A stretch of 32,837 bases of DNA from Gaiellaceae bacterium. GTDB lineage: Bacteria; Actinomycetota; Thermoleophilia; Gaiellales; Gaiellaceae. Location: contig DAINSN010000001.1 of assembly GCA_036741295.1 (NCBI GenBank), positions 1-32,837 on the forward strand, in the 5' to 3' direction. The notes below the pieces were generated by a model. The model did not search any database. It was not told the DNA's origin and saw only the letters and a list, made by a program, of their open reading frames with translations. A program made the position numbers and the translations under genes. Positions 8,342 to 17,302 of this stretch are shown in pieces. How positions within the stretch are numbered: the first letter of the stretch is position 1; every line of letters begins with the position of its first letter.

Positions 8342-9024
8342 GCGACGACATCGAGCTCGTCATTGTCGAGGACGCGGACGAAGTAGCCGCAGCGGTCGCG
8401 GAGCGACTGGCACGCGCGGCGCGTGAAGGCGGACACATCGCGCTCACGGGTGGCAGAACGCCCGAGCAGGCGTACGAGGAAGCAGCGAAGCGCGAGCCGG
8501 ATTGGAGCAACACTGAGATCTGGTGGAGCGACGAACGCTGCGTTCCACCCGATGACGACCTCTCGAACTACGCACTTGCGAAACGCACGCTGCTCGACCA
8601 GCTCGAGCGCGACCCGCGCGCGGTCCACCGCATCAAGGGTGAGCTCGGGAAAGACCAAGCCGCCGCCGACTACGAACGAGAGCTCGGCGACACCGTGTTC
8701 GACCTCGAGCTCCTCGGCATCGGCAAGGACGGTCACGTCGCATCCCTGTTCCCGAGTGCACCGACCCTGCACGAGCGCAGGCGGGTCCTGCCGGCGGCGC
8801 CCGGGCTGGAGCCGTTCGTCGACCGGGTCACCCTCAGCATTCCCGCGCTGAACAGCGCGCACGAGATCGTCTTCGCGGTCGCCGGCGCCGAGAAGGCCGA
8901 CGCTGCACGGCGTGCCTTTGCCTCGAAGCCGGGCCCCGAGACGCCCGCCAGCCTCGTCCGTGCGCGGAACGGCAGAACCATTGCAATCCTCGATCGCGCT
9001 GCTGCAGCCGACCTTCGAGCTTGA
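8338..9024 (+). CDS. pgl: 6-phosphogluconolactonase
   Basis: GTG 8338 overlaps the proC stop (GTGA). Motifs present are LTGGRTP, WSDERCVPPDD and LLGIGKDGHVASLFP. The upstream part of track ORF 7924..9024 is an overlap artefact. Confidence 0.85.
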   Translation: MSDDIELVIVEDADEVAAAVAERLARAAREGGHIALTGGRTPEQAYEEAAKREPDWSNTEIWWSDERCVPPDDDLSNYALAKRTLLDQLERDPRAVHRIKGELGKDQAAADYERELGDTVFDLELLGIGKDGHVASLFPSAPTLHERRRVLPAAPGLEPFVDRVTLSIPALNSAHEIVFAVAGAEKADAARRAFASKPGPETPASLVRARNGRTIAILDRAAAADLRA

Positions 9025-9081
9025 CAGGCCCGCGTCTATATGTAGAAGTGCCCCCGGACGACAAAAGGGGCGGGCTGTTCT

Positions 9082-9591
9082 TTGCAAGAGACGCTGGTAC
9101 TCGACAAGCCTGAGCAACTAAAGGCGCTCGGCCACCCGCTGCGGGTGCGCGTGCTCGAGATGCTCGGTCAGGAAGGCGACTGGCAGCTCACGAACCGAGA
9201 GCTCGCCCAGCAACTCGGAGTCGATCCCGGCCATCTGCACTTCCACGTGCGCATGCTGCTGAAGGCGGGATTGATCGAGTTGGCCGACGAGAACGGACGC
9301 GGACGCGAGAAACCGTACCGCGCCGTGGCGAAGGTCTTCCGCGTCGCGCCCGAACTGCTCGCGGCAGGCGGTGCCAAGGACATCCAGGCGGCGATGATCG
9401 ACCAGGTACAGCGTGCGCACGCGCTCTATTCGGCCGACGGCACGTTTCGGAGCGCGCAGCTCGAGCTGAAGCTGACGATCGAACGCGCGCTCGAGCTGAT
9501 GTCGACATTCCTGAGCGCTGCGCGAGACCTCGAAGACGACGACGCGGACAAGATCGTGCTGACGATGTTCGCGCATCCACCCGCGCACTAA
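9082..9591 (+). CDS. ArsR/winged-helix family transcriptional regulator with a C-terminal extension
   Basis: 169-aa ORF with a TTG start. LKALGHPLRVRVLEMLGQEGDWQLTNRELAQQLGVDPGHLHFHVRMLLKAGLIE is a typical ArsR-type wHTH. Confidence 0.7.
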   Translation: MQETLVLDKPEQLKALGHPLRVRVLEMLGQEGDWQLTNRELAQQLGVDPGHLHFHVRMLLKAGLIELADENGRGREKPYRAVAKVFRVAPELLAAGGAKDIQAAMIDQVQRAHALYSADGTFRSAQLELKLTIERALELMSTFLSAARDLEDDDADKIVLTMFAHPPAH

Positions 9592-10244
9592 GGCAGCAGC
9601 GGCGAACTGAGCTCCGCGGCCATGTCGCGGCGCGCCGCGAGCGCCTGCAGCACGACCACGGTGTCCGCGGCCGGCAGATCCTCGAGGTAGTCGTCGCGCG
9701 TCTCGAAGGATTCGAGCACGGCCTCGATCGCCTCGATGTACCCGAGCGGATCCTCGGCCGCGATGAACGCCAGTGCATCTCCCACAGGTGCGGGGAAGTC
9801 TTCGTGCGTTCGCAGCCCGTCCGCGAGTACACGCGCTTCCTCGTCACGGCCGAGCACGAGCAGAGCGAGTGCGCCGGCGTAACGCCCGATCGGCGATTCC
9901 GCGTCGGCAGCGCCCTGCTCGAGCGCCCAGCGCGCGTCGGCCTCCGCCTCGTCCCAGTCGCTGCTGAGAATGCGCGCCTTCAGGATCGCGATCGGCCGGC
10001 CCCAACTTCCGGGCGGCGCGAGCTCATAGCTCTCCCGGTAACGGCCGACGGCCCTTGCGAACCATTCCCGCGCTCCCTCCGTATCGCCACCCATGAGCTC
10101 TGCCAGACCCACGCCTGCGGCGGCGTTGCCCATCCGCGTCAACTGGCGCTGGCGGGCGTCCTGATCCTCCGCGTCCGGCAGTCGCACCTCGCCGTCCCGG
10201 TAGCGTTGGTCTTCACGCCGTGCGTGCTCCGCCCAGTCCACCAC
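9588..10244 (-). CDS. Hypothetical protein, helical-repeat (TPR-like) character
   Basis: 218-aa ORF with a GTG start, GC3-rich and protein-like throughout. I recognise no motif. It is convergent with the ArsR-type gene, and their stop codons overlap (CTAA at 9588..9591). Confidence 0.55.
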   Translation of the reverse strand: MVDWAEHARREDQRYRDGEVRLPDAEDQDARQRQLTRMGNAAAGVGLAELMGGDTEGAREWFARAVGRYRESYELAPPGSWGRPIAILKARILSSDWDEAEADARWALEQGAADAESPIGRYAGALALLVLGRDEEARVLADGLRTHEDFPAPVGDALAFIAAEDPLGYIEAIEAVLESFETRDDYLEDLPAADTVVVLQALAARRDMAAELSSPLLP

Positions 10245-10255
10245 CGCAAGAGCTT

Positions 10256-10822
10256 ATGAAAACATCCTTCTACGGCCTCCCGCTGCTGACTGCACCCGGA
10301 CAGGTGTTCACTCCCCGCGCATCGACGGAGCGGCTCGTCGACGAGGCCCTGCAGCGGATCGACGGAGTGCCGATGCGCATCGCCGACGTCGGCACGGGCA
10401 GCGGCGCGGTGGCGATCGCGCTCGCGGTCAACCGCCCACAGGTCGAGGTGTGGGCGACCGACACGAGCGCCGCAGCGGTCGAGCTCGCCCGGGAGAACGC
10501 AAAGCTCCACGGTGTCGAAGATCGGGTGCACGTAGTCCAGGGAGACCTGCTGGAGCCGCTCACCGAGCCGGTCGACCTCGTCGTCGCGAACCTGCCTTAT
10601 CTCTCGGCGAGCGAGCCCGACCCGCGCTACGAGAACGAGCCGCCCGAGGCGGTCTACGCGCCCGGCGACGGGCTGGATCCGTACCGACGGTTGCTGAATG
10701 CCTGCCGCGACGGCAAGCTCGAGACGGGCGGCACACTCCTGATCCAGTTCCACCGCGACCCGCTCGCGGCGAACTGCTGGGAGCTCGAGGACCTGCGCGA
10801 GCAGCTCGAAGCCTCCGCGTAG
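10256..10822 (+). CDS. HemK/PrmC-like SAM-dependent methyltransferase, catalytic core only
   Basis: ATG 10256. The sequence FYGLPLLTAPGQVFTPRASTERLVDEAL, the SAM motif IADVGTGSGAVAIALA and DLVVANLPYL (an NLPY variant of NPPY) fit the family. The ~75-aa N-terminal helical domain of PrmC is missing. Confidence 0.7.
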   Translation: MKTSFYGLPLLTAPGQVFTPRASTERLVDEALQRIDGVPMRIADVGTGSGAVAIALAVNRPQVEVWATDTSAAAVELARENAKLHGVEDRVHVVQGDLLEPLTEPVDLVVANLPYLSASEPDPRYENEPPEAVYAPGDGLDPYRRLLNACRDGKLETGGTLLIQFHRDPLAANCWELEDLREQLEASA

Positions 10823-10832
10823 ACTCGTCAGG

Positions 10833-12020
10833 ATGGAACGTCGGGAGGTCGTGTTCGTCGACGGCGTGCGCACGGCCTTCGGCCGCGCGGGGCCGCAAGG
10901 CATCTTCTGGAAAACGCGCGCCGACGACATGGCGGTCAAGGTCGTGCGCGAGCTGCTGCGCCGCAACCCGGAGGTTCCACCGGAGCGGATCGGCGACGTC
11001 ATCTACGCGGCAACGGCCCAGGTCGGGGACCAGGGGCTGACTCTTGGGCGTGACGTCGCGCTGCTCGCCGGCATCCCGCAGTCCGTTCCCGGCTTTGCGG
11101 TCGACCGCATGTGCGCCGGTGCCCTCACGGCCGTCACCGCCGGGGCCGGTGAGATTGCGTACGGCGCGTGCGACATCGTGCTCGCCGGCGGCGTCGAGCA
11201 CATGGGACACCATCCGATGGGCGAGGACGTCGACTTCAATCCACGTTTCGTGTCCGAGCGTCTCGTCGACACCAGCGCGGTGACCATGGGCGCGACCGCC
11301 GAGAACCTGCACGACCGCTTTCCGCAGATCACGAAGGACGACGCAGACGCCTTCGCAGTGCAGTCCCAGCAGCGTGCCGCGGCCGCCTGGACGAACGGCG
11401 TCATGCGCGAGACCGTCGTCCCGATGAGCGTCTTCACGGACGAAGGCTGGAAGCTCGCCGACAACGACGAGTTTCTCCGCCCGAACACGACGCTCGAAGC
11501 GCTTGCCGCTTTGCGCACCCCATTCCGCGCGGGCGGTCGTGTCACAGCTGGGAACTCGGCGGGGCTCACCGACGGGGCAACCGCCTGCTTCCTCGCCGCG
11601 GAGGAGACGGCCGCCGAGCTCGGGCTCGAGCCCAAGATGCGACTCGTCGCATTCGCGTTCGCGGGCGTCGAGCCGGAGCTGATGGGCATCGGCCCGATCC
11701 CGGCGACGAAACGCGTGCTCGACCAAGCCGGGCTCACGCTCGACGACGTCGGGCTCTTCGAGCTGAACGAGCCGTTCGCCGTGCAGGTGCTGACCTGGTG
11801 CGACGGCATGGGCGTCGACCCGGAGGACCCGCGCCTCAATCCGTACGGCGGGGCGATCGCCTGCGGGCACCCGCTCGCCGCCACGGGTGTGCGGCTGATG
11901 GCGCAGCTCGCGTACGGCTTCAAGGAACGGCCCGACGTGCGCTACGGGCTGACGGCGCTCTGCGTCGGGATGGGGATGGGCGCAGCGCTCTTGTGGGAGA
12001 ACCTTGGCGCCGGTCACTGA
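10833..12020 (+). CDS. fadA: Acetyl-CoA C-acyltransferase (thiolase)
   Basis: 395-aa ORF with VDRMCAGALTAV (active-site Cys), NEPFAVQVL, GGAIACGHPLAATG and LCVGMGMGAA thiolase signatures. Confidence 0.9.
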   Translation: MERREVVFVDGVRTAFGRAGPQGIFWKTRADDMAVKVVRELLRRNPEVPPERIGDVIYAATAQVGDQGLTLGRDVALLAGIPQSVPGFAVDRMCAGALTAVTAGAGEIAYGACDIVLAGGVEHMGHHPMGEDVDFNPRFVSERLVDTSAVTMGATAENLHDRFPQITKDDADAFAVQSQQRAAAAWTNGVMRETVVPMSVFTDEGWKLADNDEFLRPNTTLEALAALRTPFRAGGRVTAGNSAGLTDGATACFLAAEETAAELGLEPKMRLVAFAFAGVEPELMGIGPIPATKRVLDQAGLTLDDVGLFELNEPFAVQVLTWCDGMGVDPEDPRLNPYGGAIACGHPLAATGVRLMAQLAYGFKERPDVRYGLTALCVGMGMGAALLWENLGAGH

Positions 12021-13977
12021 GTTCAAGCTCACGCGCGCGGGCGATGTCGCGCTCGTGACGATCGACAACGGCGAGGACTGGACGAAGCCGACCTTCTTCG
12101 GCCGGCAGGCGCTCGAATCGTTGGAACGCCTCCTCGTCGAGCTCGAGAGCAGCGACTTTCGCGCTGCGGTGATCACCGGCAAGCCGCACGTCTTCGCAGC
12201 CGGCGCAGACATCACCGAGTTCCCGGACATCACGCGCGAGCGCGCGATCGAAGGCGCGCGGGCAGGACACGAGTTGTTCGGGCGACTCCGCTCGCTGCCG
12301 TTCCCCACTGTGGCCGCGATCAACGGCGCCTGCCTGGGCGGTGGTGTCGAGCTGGCGCTGCACTGCACGGCCCGCACGATCTCGGCCGGCGTCCGCCACT
12401 TCGCCTTCCCGGAGGTCTTCCTCGGACTGTTCCCGGCCTGGGGCGGCACGCAGCTCCTGCCACGTCTCGTCGGGCCCACGACCGCGATCAAGGTGATCGT
12501 GTCGAACCCGCTGAGGCAGAACCGGATGCTCACGGGCCCGCAGGTCGCGGAGCTCGGCATCGCTGACCGCCTGCTCGTGCCGGCCGAGTTCGTCGACGAG
12601 TCGCTGGCATTCGCGCGCGAGCTAGCCGAGCAGCCGCTCGACCGGCCCGAGCCCGACTGGTCCGACGCAGAGACGATCTTCCGCCGAGCGCGCACGGCCG
12701 TGGACGACACGGTGCACGGCGCGGCCCCGGCGCCGTACGCCGCCCTCGATCTGATCGAAGGAGCGCAGCATTGGACGATCGAGGAGGGCTACGAGCGCGA
12801 GCAAGAAGCAATCGGCGAGCTCCTCCCCGGCCCGCAGGCACAGGCGTCGCTCTACGCATTCCAGCTTGTCGAGCTGCGCGCGAAGAAGCATCCCGCTCGT
12901 CCGACCGCGCCGCCGCTCCAGGTGAGCAAGGTCGGCATCGTCGGCGCGGGCCTGATGGCGCGGCAGATCGCGGCGCTATTCCTGCGCCGCCTTGAGCTGC
13001 CGATCGTGATCCGTGACGTGAAGCAGGAGATCGTCGACGACGCGCTCGCCGACATCCGCGCGGAGATCGACAGCCAGGTCGCCAAGGGCCGCTACGAGGA
13101 AGGCAAGGCGCGTTTCCTTTGTTCACTCGTCTCGGGGAGCACGGACTACGACGGCTTCGCCGACTGCGACCTCGTGCTCGAGGCGGTGTTCGAGGAACTC
13201 GAGGTGAAGAAGCAGGTGTTCGCGGAGTTGGAACGGGTGGTGCGCGACGACTGTGTGGTCGCGACGAACACGTCGGCCCTTTCGATCACAGACATGGCCG
13301 CCGATCTACGCCGGCCCGAACGCGTCGCCGGCATGCACTTCTTCAATCCCGTGGGGGTGATGCCGCTGCTCGAAGTCGTGCGCGCCGCCGAGACAGACGA
13401 CGTGGCGCTCGCGACTGTGTGGGACGTCGGCCAGAAGCTGCGCAAGCGACCCATCCTCGTCAACGACGCGCCGGGCTTCGTCGTGAACCGCGTGCTGACG
13501 CGCATGACGCGCGTGATCATGGACGCCGTCGAGCACGGCACCCCGGTCGAGGACGTGGACGAGGCGGTCATGTCGCTCGGCATGCCGATGGCGCCTTCCG
13601 TCCTGCTGCAGATGGTCGGCCCGCGCGTGGCCAATCACGTGCTCGAGCGGATGCACGAAGCGTTCCCGGAGCGCTTCCCACTCTCGCCTGCGCTGGCGGC
13701 GATCGCCGACGGCGGCGAGCCGGTCGTCGTCGAGGATGCGCCGCGCACACGGGAGCAGATCGTCGAGGACGTTCTCGAGGCCGTCGCCGACGAAATCCAC
13801 CTCCTGCTCGAGGAAGGCGTTGTCACCGAAGCGGCCGACGTCGACACGGGCCTCCTGCTCGGAGCCGGCTGGCCGTTCTTCCTCGGCGGGATCACGAAGC
13901 ACCTCGACCAGATCGGCATGTCGGAGCGCCTCTTCGGCCATACCTTTGCCGACCTGGCGGCTGCGGCCCCCGCCTGA
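12004..13977 (+). CDS. fadB: Bifunctional enoyl-CoA hydratase / 3-hydroxyacyl-CoA dehydrogenase
   Basis: 657-aa ORF. It has an N-terminal crotonase fold (FAAGADITEF, INGACLGGGVELAL) and a C-terminal 3HCDH domain (VGIVGAGLMARQIA, NTSALSI, HFFNPV). The TTG start overlaps fadA by 17 nt, so the start is uncertain. Confidence 0.88.
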   Translation: MAPVTEFKLTRAGDVALVTIDNGEDWTKPTFFGRQALESLERLLVELESSDFRAAVITGKPHVFAAGADITEFPDITRERAIEGARAGHELFGRLRSLPFPTVAAINGACLGGGVELALHCTARTISAGVRHFAFPEVFLGLFPAWGGTQLLPRLVGPTTAIKVIVSNPLRQNRMLTGPQVAELGIADRLLVPAEFVDESLAFARELAEQPLDRPEPDWSDAETIFRRARTAVDDTVHGAAPAPYAALDLIEGAQHWTIEEGYEREQEAIGELLPGPQAQASLYAFQLVELRAKKHPARPTAPPLQVSKVGIVGAGLMARQIAALFLRRLELPIVIRDVKQEIVDDALADIRAEIDSQVAKGRYEEGKARFLCSLVSGSTDYDGFADCDLVLEAVFEELEVKKQVFAELERVVRDDCVVATNTSALSITDMAADLRRPERVAGMHFFNPVGVMPLLEVVRAAETDDVALATVWDVGQKLRKRPILVNDAPGFVVNRVLTRMTRVIMDAVEHGTPVEDVDEAVMSLGMPMAPSVLLQMVGPRVANHVLERMHEAFPERFPLSPALAAIADGGEPVVVEDAPRTREQIVEDVLEAVADEIHLLLEEGVVTEAADVDTGLLLGAGWPFFLGGITKHLDQIGMSERLFGHTFADLAAAAPA

Positions 13978-13983
13978 GCGGAC

Positions 13984-14008
13984 CGTACCGGTGCCAGGCA
14001 CGGGTACG
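13984..14008 (+). terminator. Stem-loop directly after the fadB stop (possible U-tract-less terminator)
   Basis: CGTACCGGTGC-CAG-GCACGGGTACG forms 10 pairs with one G-G mismatch. It starts 7 nt after TGA 13975..13977. No U-run follows. Confidence 0.35.
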
Positions 14009-14046
14009 AACCTGTGACGAGAGCCGCGCGAAAGTAGGCTCCCGCC

Positions 14047-14634
14047 ATGGCGCAGGACGATTGGCGGGTTCGAATCGAGCTTCCCGACGAGGGAGGCGCG
14101 CAGGACTTGCTCGGCCGGCTCGGCTTGCGGCAGAGCGGCGCGGAGGAGCTCGCGGACGAGCTGCGCGAACACCGGCTCGCCGTGTCGCAGGACGGCGACA
14201 CGGTGTTCGTGTACGCGGCCACCGGCATGCAGGCCGAGCAGGCAGCACGCATCGTCGAGAGCGAGCTGAACGACCTGGCGCTGACGCCGTCCCGCTTCGT
14301 GACCGAGCGCTGGCTCCGCGACGAGGAGCGCTGGGACGATGACCCAGAGCAGCCGGACGTCGAGGAGGAGCTCCTGCAACGGGGTTACGCGCCGTGGGAG
14401 GTACGGGTCGAGGCAAACAGCCTCCGGGAGGCCCACGACCTCGCCGAGCAGCTCCGGAGCGAGGGCTACGACGTCTCCCGCACGTTTACGTACGTGATCG
14501 CAGGCACCAGGAGCCGCGAGGAGGCCGTCGAGCTGGCCCGCAGGATCCACGGGGAGGTCGAGCCGGGCGGGGAGCTGGTCTACGAGGTGCTGCCCCAGAA
14601 CCCGTTTGCCGTCTTCGGGGGTCTCGGCACCTAG
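14047..14634 (+). CDS. Hypothetical acidic protein with an internal two-fold repeat
   Basis: 195-aa ORF. WRVRIELPDEGGAQDLLGRL...TVFVYAATGMQAEQAARIVESEL aligns by eye with WEVRVEANSLREAHDLAEQL...TYVIAGTRSREEAVELARRIHGEV. Confidence 0.6.
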   Translation: MAQDDWRVRIELPDEGGAQDLLGRLGLRQSGAEELADELREHRLAVSQDGDTVFVYAATGMQAEQAARIVESELNDLALTPSRFVTERWLRDEERWDDDPEQPDVEEELLQRGYAPWEVRVEANSLREAHDLAEQLRSEGYDVSRTFTYVIAGTRSREEAVELARRIHGEVEPGGELVYEVLPQNPFAVFGGLGT

Positions 14635-14737
14635 CCGACTTAGCCAACCAGTCGATATACTGGTTGCACGACGCCCGCCTTGGGGATTCGCGGGGTCGCC
14701 TTTTCTTACAAGTGCAGCGCTTTTAGACGCTGCGTCC

Positions 14738-17287
14738 ATGCAGGAGATCAAAGAGCAGCCGACTACAGCGTCGGAGGCGACGGACGGCCTGATGGCCGAC
14801 GCCCTCCGAGCCGAAGCCTGGGCGGGAGAGCCCTTCATTCGTGAGGGCGAGGATCCCGCCAAGGTCCTGGCGCCCGCTACATCTCGCCGGCGCGCGCTCA
14901 ACGACGCCCTCGCGGAGATCGAGGGAGGACGTCGCACACCGTCATCCGGCTGGAAGGTCGAGTATGGCCTCATGCTCGGTCTCGAGCGAGTGCTCGCCGA
15001 GGAGAAACCGCACCTCGCCTCCGGTACCGAGCTGCGCCGCCACCAGATCGACGCGCTCGCCGGCATGCTCACAGAGCTGATCGCTTCGCACGAGAAGGAA
15101 GCGGAGCCGAACGGAAACGGCGCCGTCGTCGAAGTCGTCGAAGCTGAAACCGAAGACGAGGACGAGCCGGCGGAGGATTCCACCGAGGACGTTCTCGACG
15201 AAGAGATCGAGGAGGACGAGCACTACAAGGGCCCGGACCCGGGTGCGGTGCGCCGCTACCGGTTCCGCCATCCGACCGCATCGGGCAAGACGATTGCGGC
15301 GGCCGGCTTCGTGGAAGCCGCGCGCTCCCTCGGCGTCCTGATCCTCACGCACCGCCGCCTGCTCGTCTCGCAGTTCCAGCGCGATCTCACCGACGAGGGT
15401 TACAGCGACCGGTTCGCCCCGGCTGTCGAGCGCGGCAAGGAACCGCTGCGAGACACGAGCCCGCTCACCATCCAGACGTACGCGTGGTTCGCGCGCCACC
15501 AGGACTCGATCTCGCGCGAGGCATATCAGCTCGTCATCTGCGACGAGGCTCACACCGCCCTGGGCGAGAAGACGAGCGCAGCGATCCGCGCGTTCCCAGA
15601 GCCGCTCTACATCGGGATGACCGCGACGGAGCAGCTGATCGCCAAGCAGGTGTCGGACGTGTTCCCTGCTTCGGTCGACGACCTGCCACTGCAGGACGCA
15701 GCGCGGCGCGGGTTGATCGCACCGTTGCGCGACCTGCGCGTTCCGCCCGTCGCCGCGATCAACCAGGTGCCGATCGTCGGCGGCGACTTCGACCAGGAGG
15801 TCCTGGCGAAGACACTCGACCACCAGGCGCTCAACCAGGCAGCCGCGTCCCTGTATCGCGAGCGCTTCGACAACACGCCGGGCATCGTCTACGCCGCGGG
15901 CGTCGACCACGCGTACAACCTCGCCAAGGAGTTCCGCGCGGTGGGCCTGAAAGCGGAGGCCGTCTCCGGGCGCACACCGCCCGTGCGGCTCGCCGAGACT
16001 CTCGCCGCCTACGAGCGCGGCGAGATCAACGTGCTCATCAACGCGATGCTGCTCGCGGAGGGCTGGAACTCTCCACGCGCGACCATCTGCATGCATCTCG
16101 CGCCGACAGCCTCGCGACGCGTCTATCAGCAGCGGATCGGCCGCATCATGCGCACCCATCCGCGCAAGGAGGCCGGGATCGTTGTCGACTTCGTCCCGAA
16201 GGCCGCGACGCACAACGAGCGCGTGATCTCGCTGCACTCGCTGCTCGACGCCGACTTCTACCGCGAGGGCGCGCGTGTCACGCCTGCGCCACGCCGCAGG
16301 GTCCAGCGGCGGGCTCGGCGCAAGCTCACCCCGGCCCCATGGCTCGTTCCGGTCACCCCCGACGTGCGGCGCCGCCTCGCCGTGATCACACGAGAGTGGC
16401 AGCGCGTCGACCCGAAGTATCTCGACGAGGACGAGCAGCGCTACTGGGCGACGATCGCCGGACGCCAGATCCGCTTTGACGAGCGCGCCGCGTTCGTAGA
16501 GAAGCTGACTGCACGCGGTGCATCGAAGGCGTGCCTCGAACAGTTCCTCGCAACGTGCGCTGCGGAGAACCCGAACCGCCGCCTTCGCATCATCGCTCTC
16601 TCGGACCGCGTGTCGATGACGGTCGAGCGCGCCGACTTCGACGATCTCGTCACGCTGGTCACTCAGGCGCCGACGTGGGAGAAGGACCGCATGGGCGGTG
16701 TCCGCGTCATGCTGCGCGCGATCGCAGAAGGAAAGGCCGACGCACCGGACCAGATCCTGGAGCGCTGGACGTGGCGCCTTGCGCGCGCCTCGCGCAAAGT
16801 GCAGGACCGCCGCGCGAGTGCGGAGTTCCCCGAGGCGAAGCGGCTCCTCGGCGCGCTCGCCAACTCACGCGGTCACAGGCACGAGGAGAACGCGGCGAAG
16901 CTGGTCAACGCAGCGCTCGAGCTGCCGGTTGCCGTCGGAGCCGCCTTGCTCGCGTCCGCCGAGGGGTACACGCCGCGGGCAACGCAGCTGATCGAAGCGG
17001 CCCGCGAGCGGCTGGGCACGGTGCAGGAAGTCGCCGGCGCGCTGGCGGAGAACCTTCCCCAGCCGAAGGTGACGTCGGGGCGCTCCCGGCGCCGGAAGCG
17101 ACGGAAGCGCAAGAAGAACGGCGGACCGCAGCAGCAGCAGCAGCAGCAGCAGCCGGCGCAGGCACAGGCGCCACAGGGGCAGGAGCAGCAGGTCGAGCCC
17201 GCGGAGGAGAAGAAGCCGAAACCGCGGCCCAGAAAGAAGCCCGCCCCCAAGGCCAAGCCGGCATCCGCTGAAACGCCTGCCGCGTAA
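14738..17287 (+). CDS. Superfamily-2 ResIII/DEAH-type helicase with a long C-terminal extension and a polyQ/basic tail
   Basis: ATG 14738. Motif I is HPTASGKT, motif II ICDEAH, motif III GMTATE and motif VI QQRIGRIMR. The first 44 codons of the track ORF overlap the previous gene and are not protein-like. Confidence 0.85.
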   Translation: MQEIKEQPTTASEATDGLMADALRAEAWAGEPFIREGEDPAKVLAPATSRRRALNDALAEIEGGRRTPSSGWKVEYGLMLGLERVLAEEKPHLASGTELRRHQIDALAGMLTELIASHEKEAEPNGNGAVVEVVEAETEDEDEPAEDSTEDVLDEEIEEDEHYKGPDPGAVRRYRFRHPTASGKTIAAAGFVEAARSLGVLILTHRRLLVSQFQRDLTDEGYSDRFAPAVERGKEPLRDTSPLTIQTYAWFARHQDSISREAYQLVICDEAHTALGEKTSAAIRAFPEPLYIGMTATEQLIAKQVSDVFPASVDDLPLQDAARRGLIAPLRDLRVPPVAAINQVPIVGGDFDQEVLAKTLDHQALNQAAASLYRERFDNTPGIVYAAGVDHAYNLAKEFRAVGLKAEAVSGRTPPVRLAETLAAYERGEINVLINAMLLAEGWNSPRATICMHLAPTASRRVYQQRIGRIMRTHPRKEAGIVVDFVPKAATHNERVISLHSLLDADFYREGARVTPAPRRRVQRRARRKLTPAPWLVPVTPDVRRRLAVITREWQRVDPKYLDEDEQRYWATIAGRQIRFDERAAFVEKLTARGASKACLEQFLATCAAENPNRRLRIIALSDRVSMTVERADFDDLVTLVTQAPTWEKDRMGGVRVMLRAIAEGKADAPDQILERWTWRLARASRKVQDRRASAEFPEAKRLLGALANSRGHRHEENAAKLVNAALELPVAVGAALLASAEGYTPRATQLIEAARERLGTVQEVAGALAENLPQPKVTSGRSRRRKRRKRKKNGGPQQQQQQQQPAQAQAPQGQEQQVEPAEEKKPKPRPRKKPAPKAKPASAETPAA
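17129..17152 (+). repeat. (CAG)8 trinucleotide microsatellite, in frame (Q8) within the helicase tail
   Basis: I counted eight consecutive CAG units directly. They are in frame with ATG 14738 and are flanked by CCG on both sides. Confidence 0.95.
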
Positions 17288-17302
17288 GAACGACTAACCA
17301 GG

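Noticed and set aside
9021-9049. Promoter for the ArsR-type gene (TTGACA overlapping the pgl stop, 16-nt spacer, TAGAAG)
   Set aside because: The -35 is perfect, but the -10 lacks the invariant final T in the 16-nt register and lacks the TA in the 17-nt register. This is too weak to list as a feature.
10560-15183. Long minus-strand ORFs 10560..12710 (716 aa) and 13306..15183 (625 aa)
   Set aside because: They are antisense to the clearly identifiable fadA, fadB, hypothetical and helicase genes. Their composition is dominated by R/A/P/G/S and they contain no motifs, so they are high-GC artefacts.
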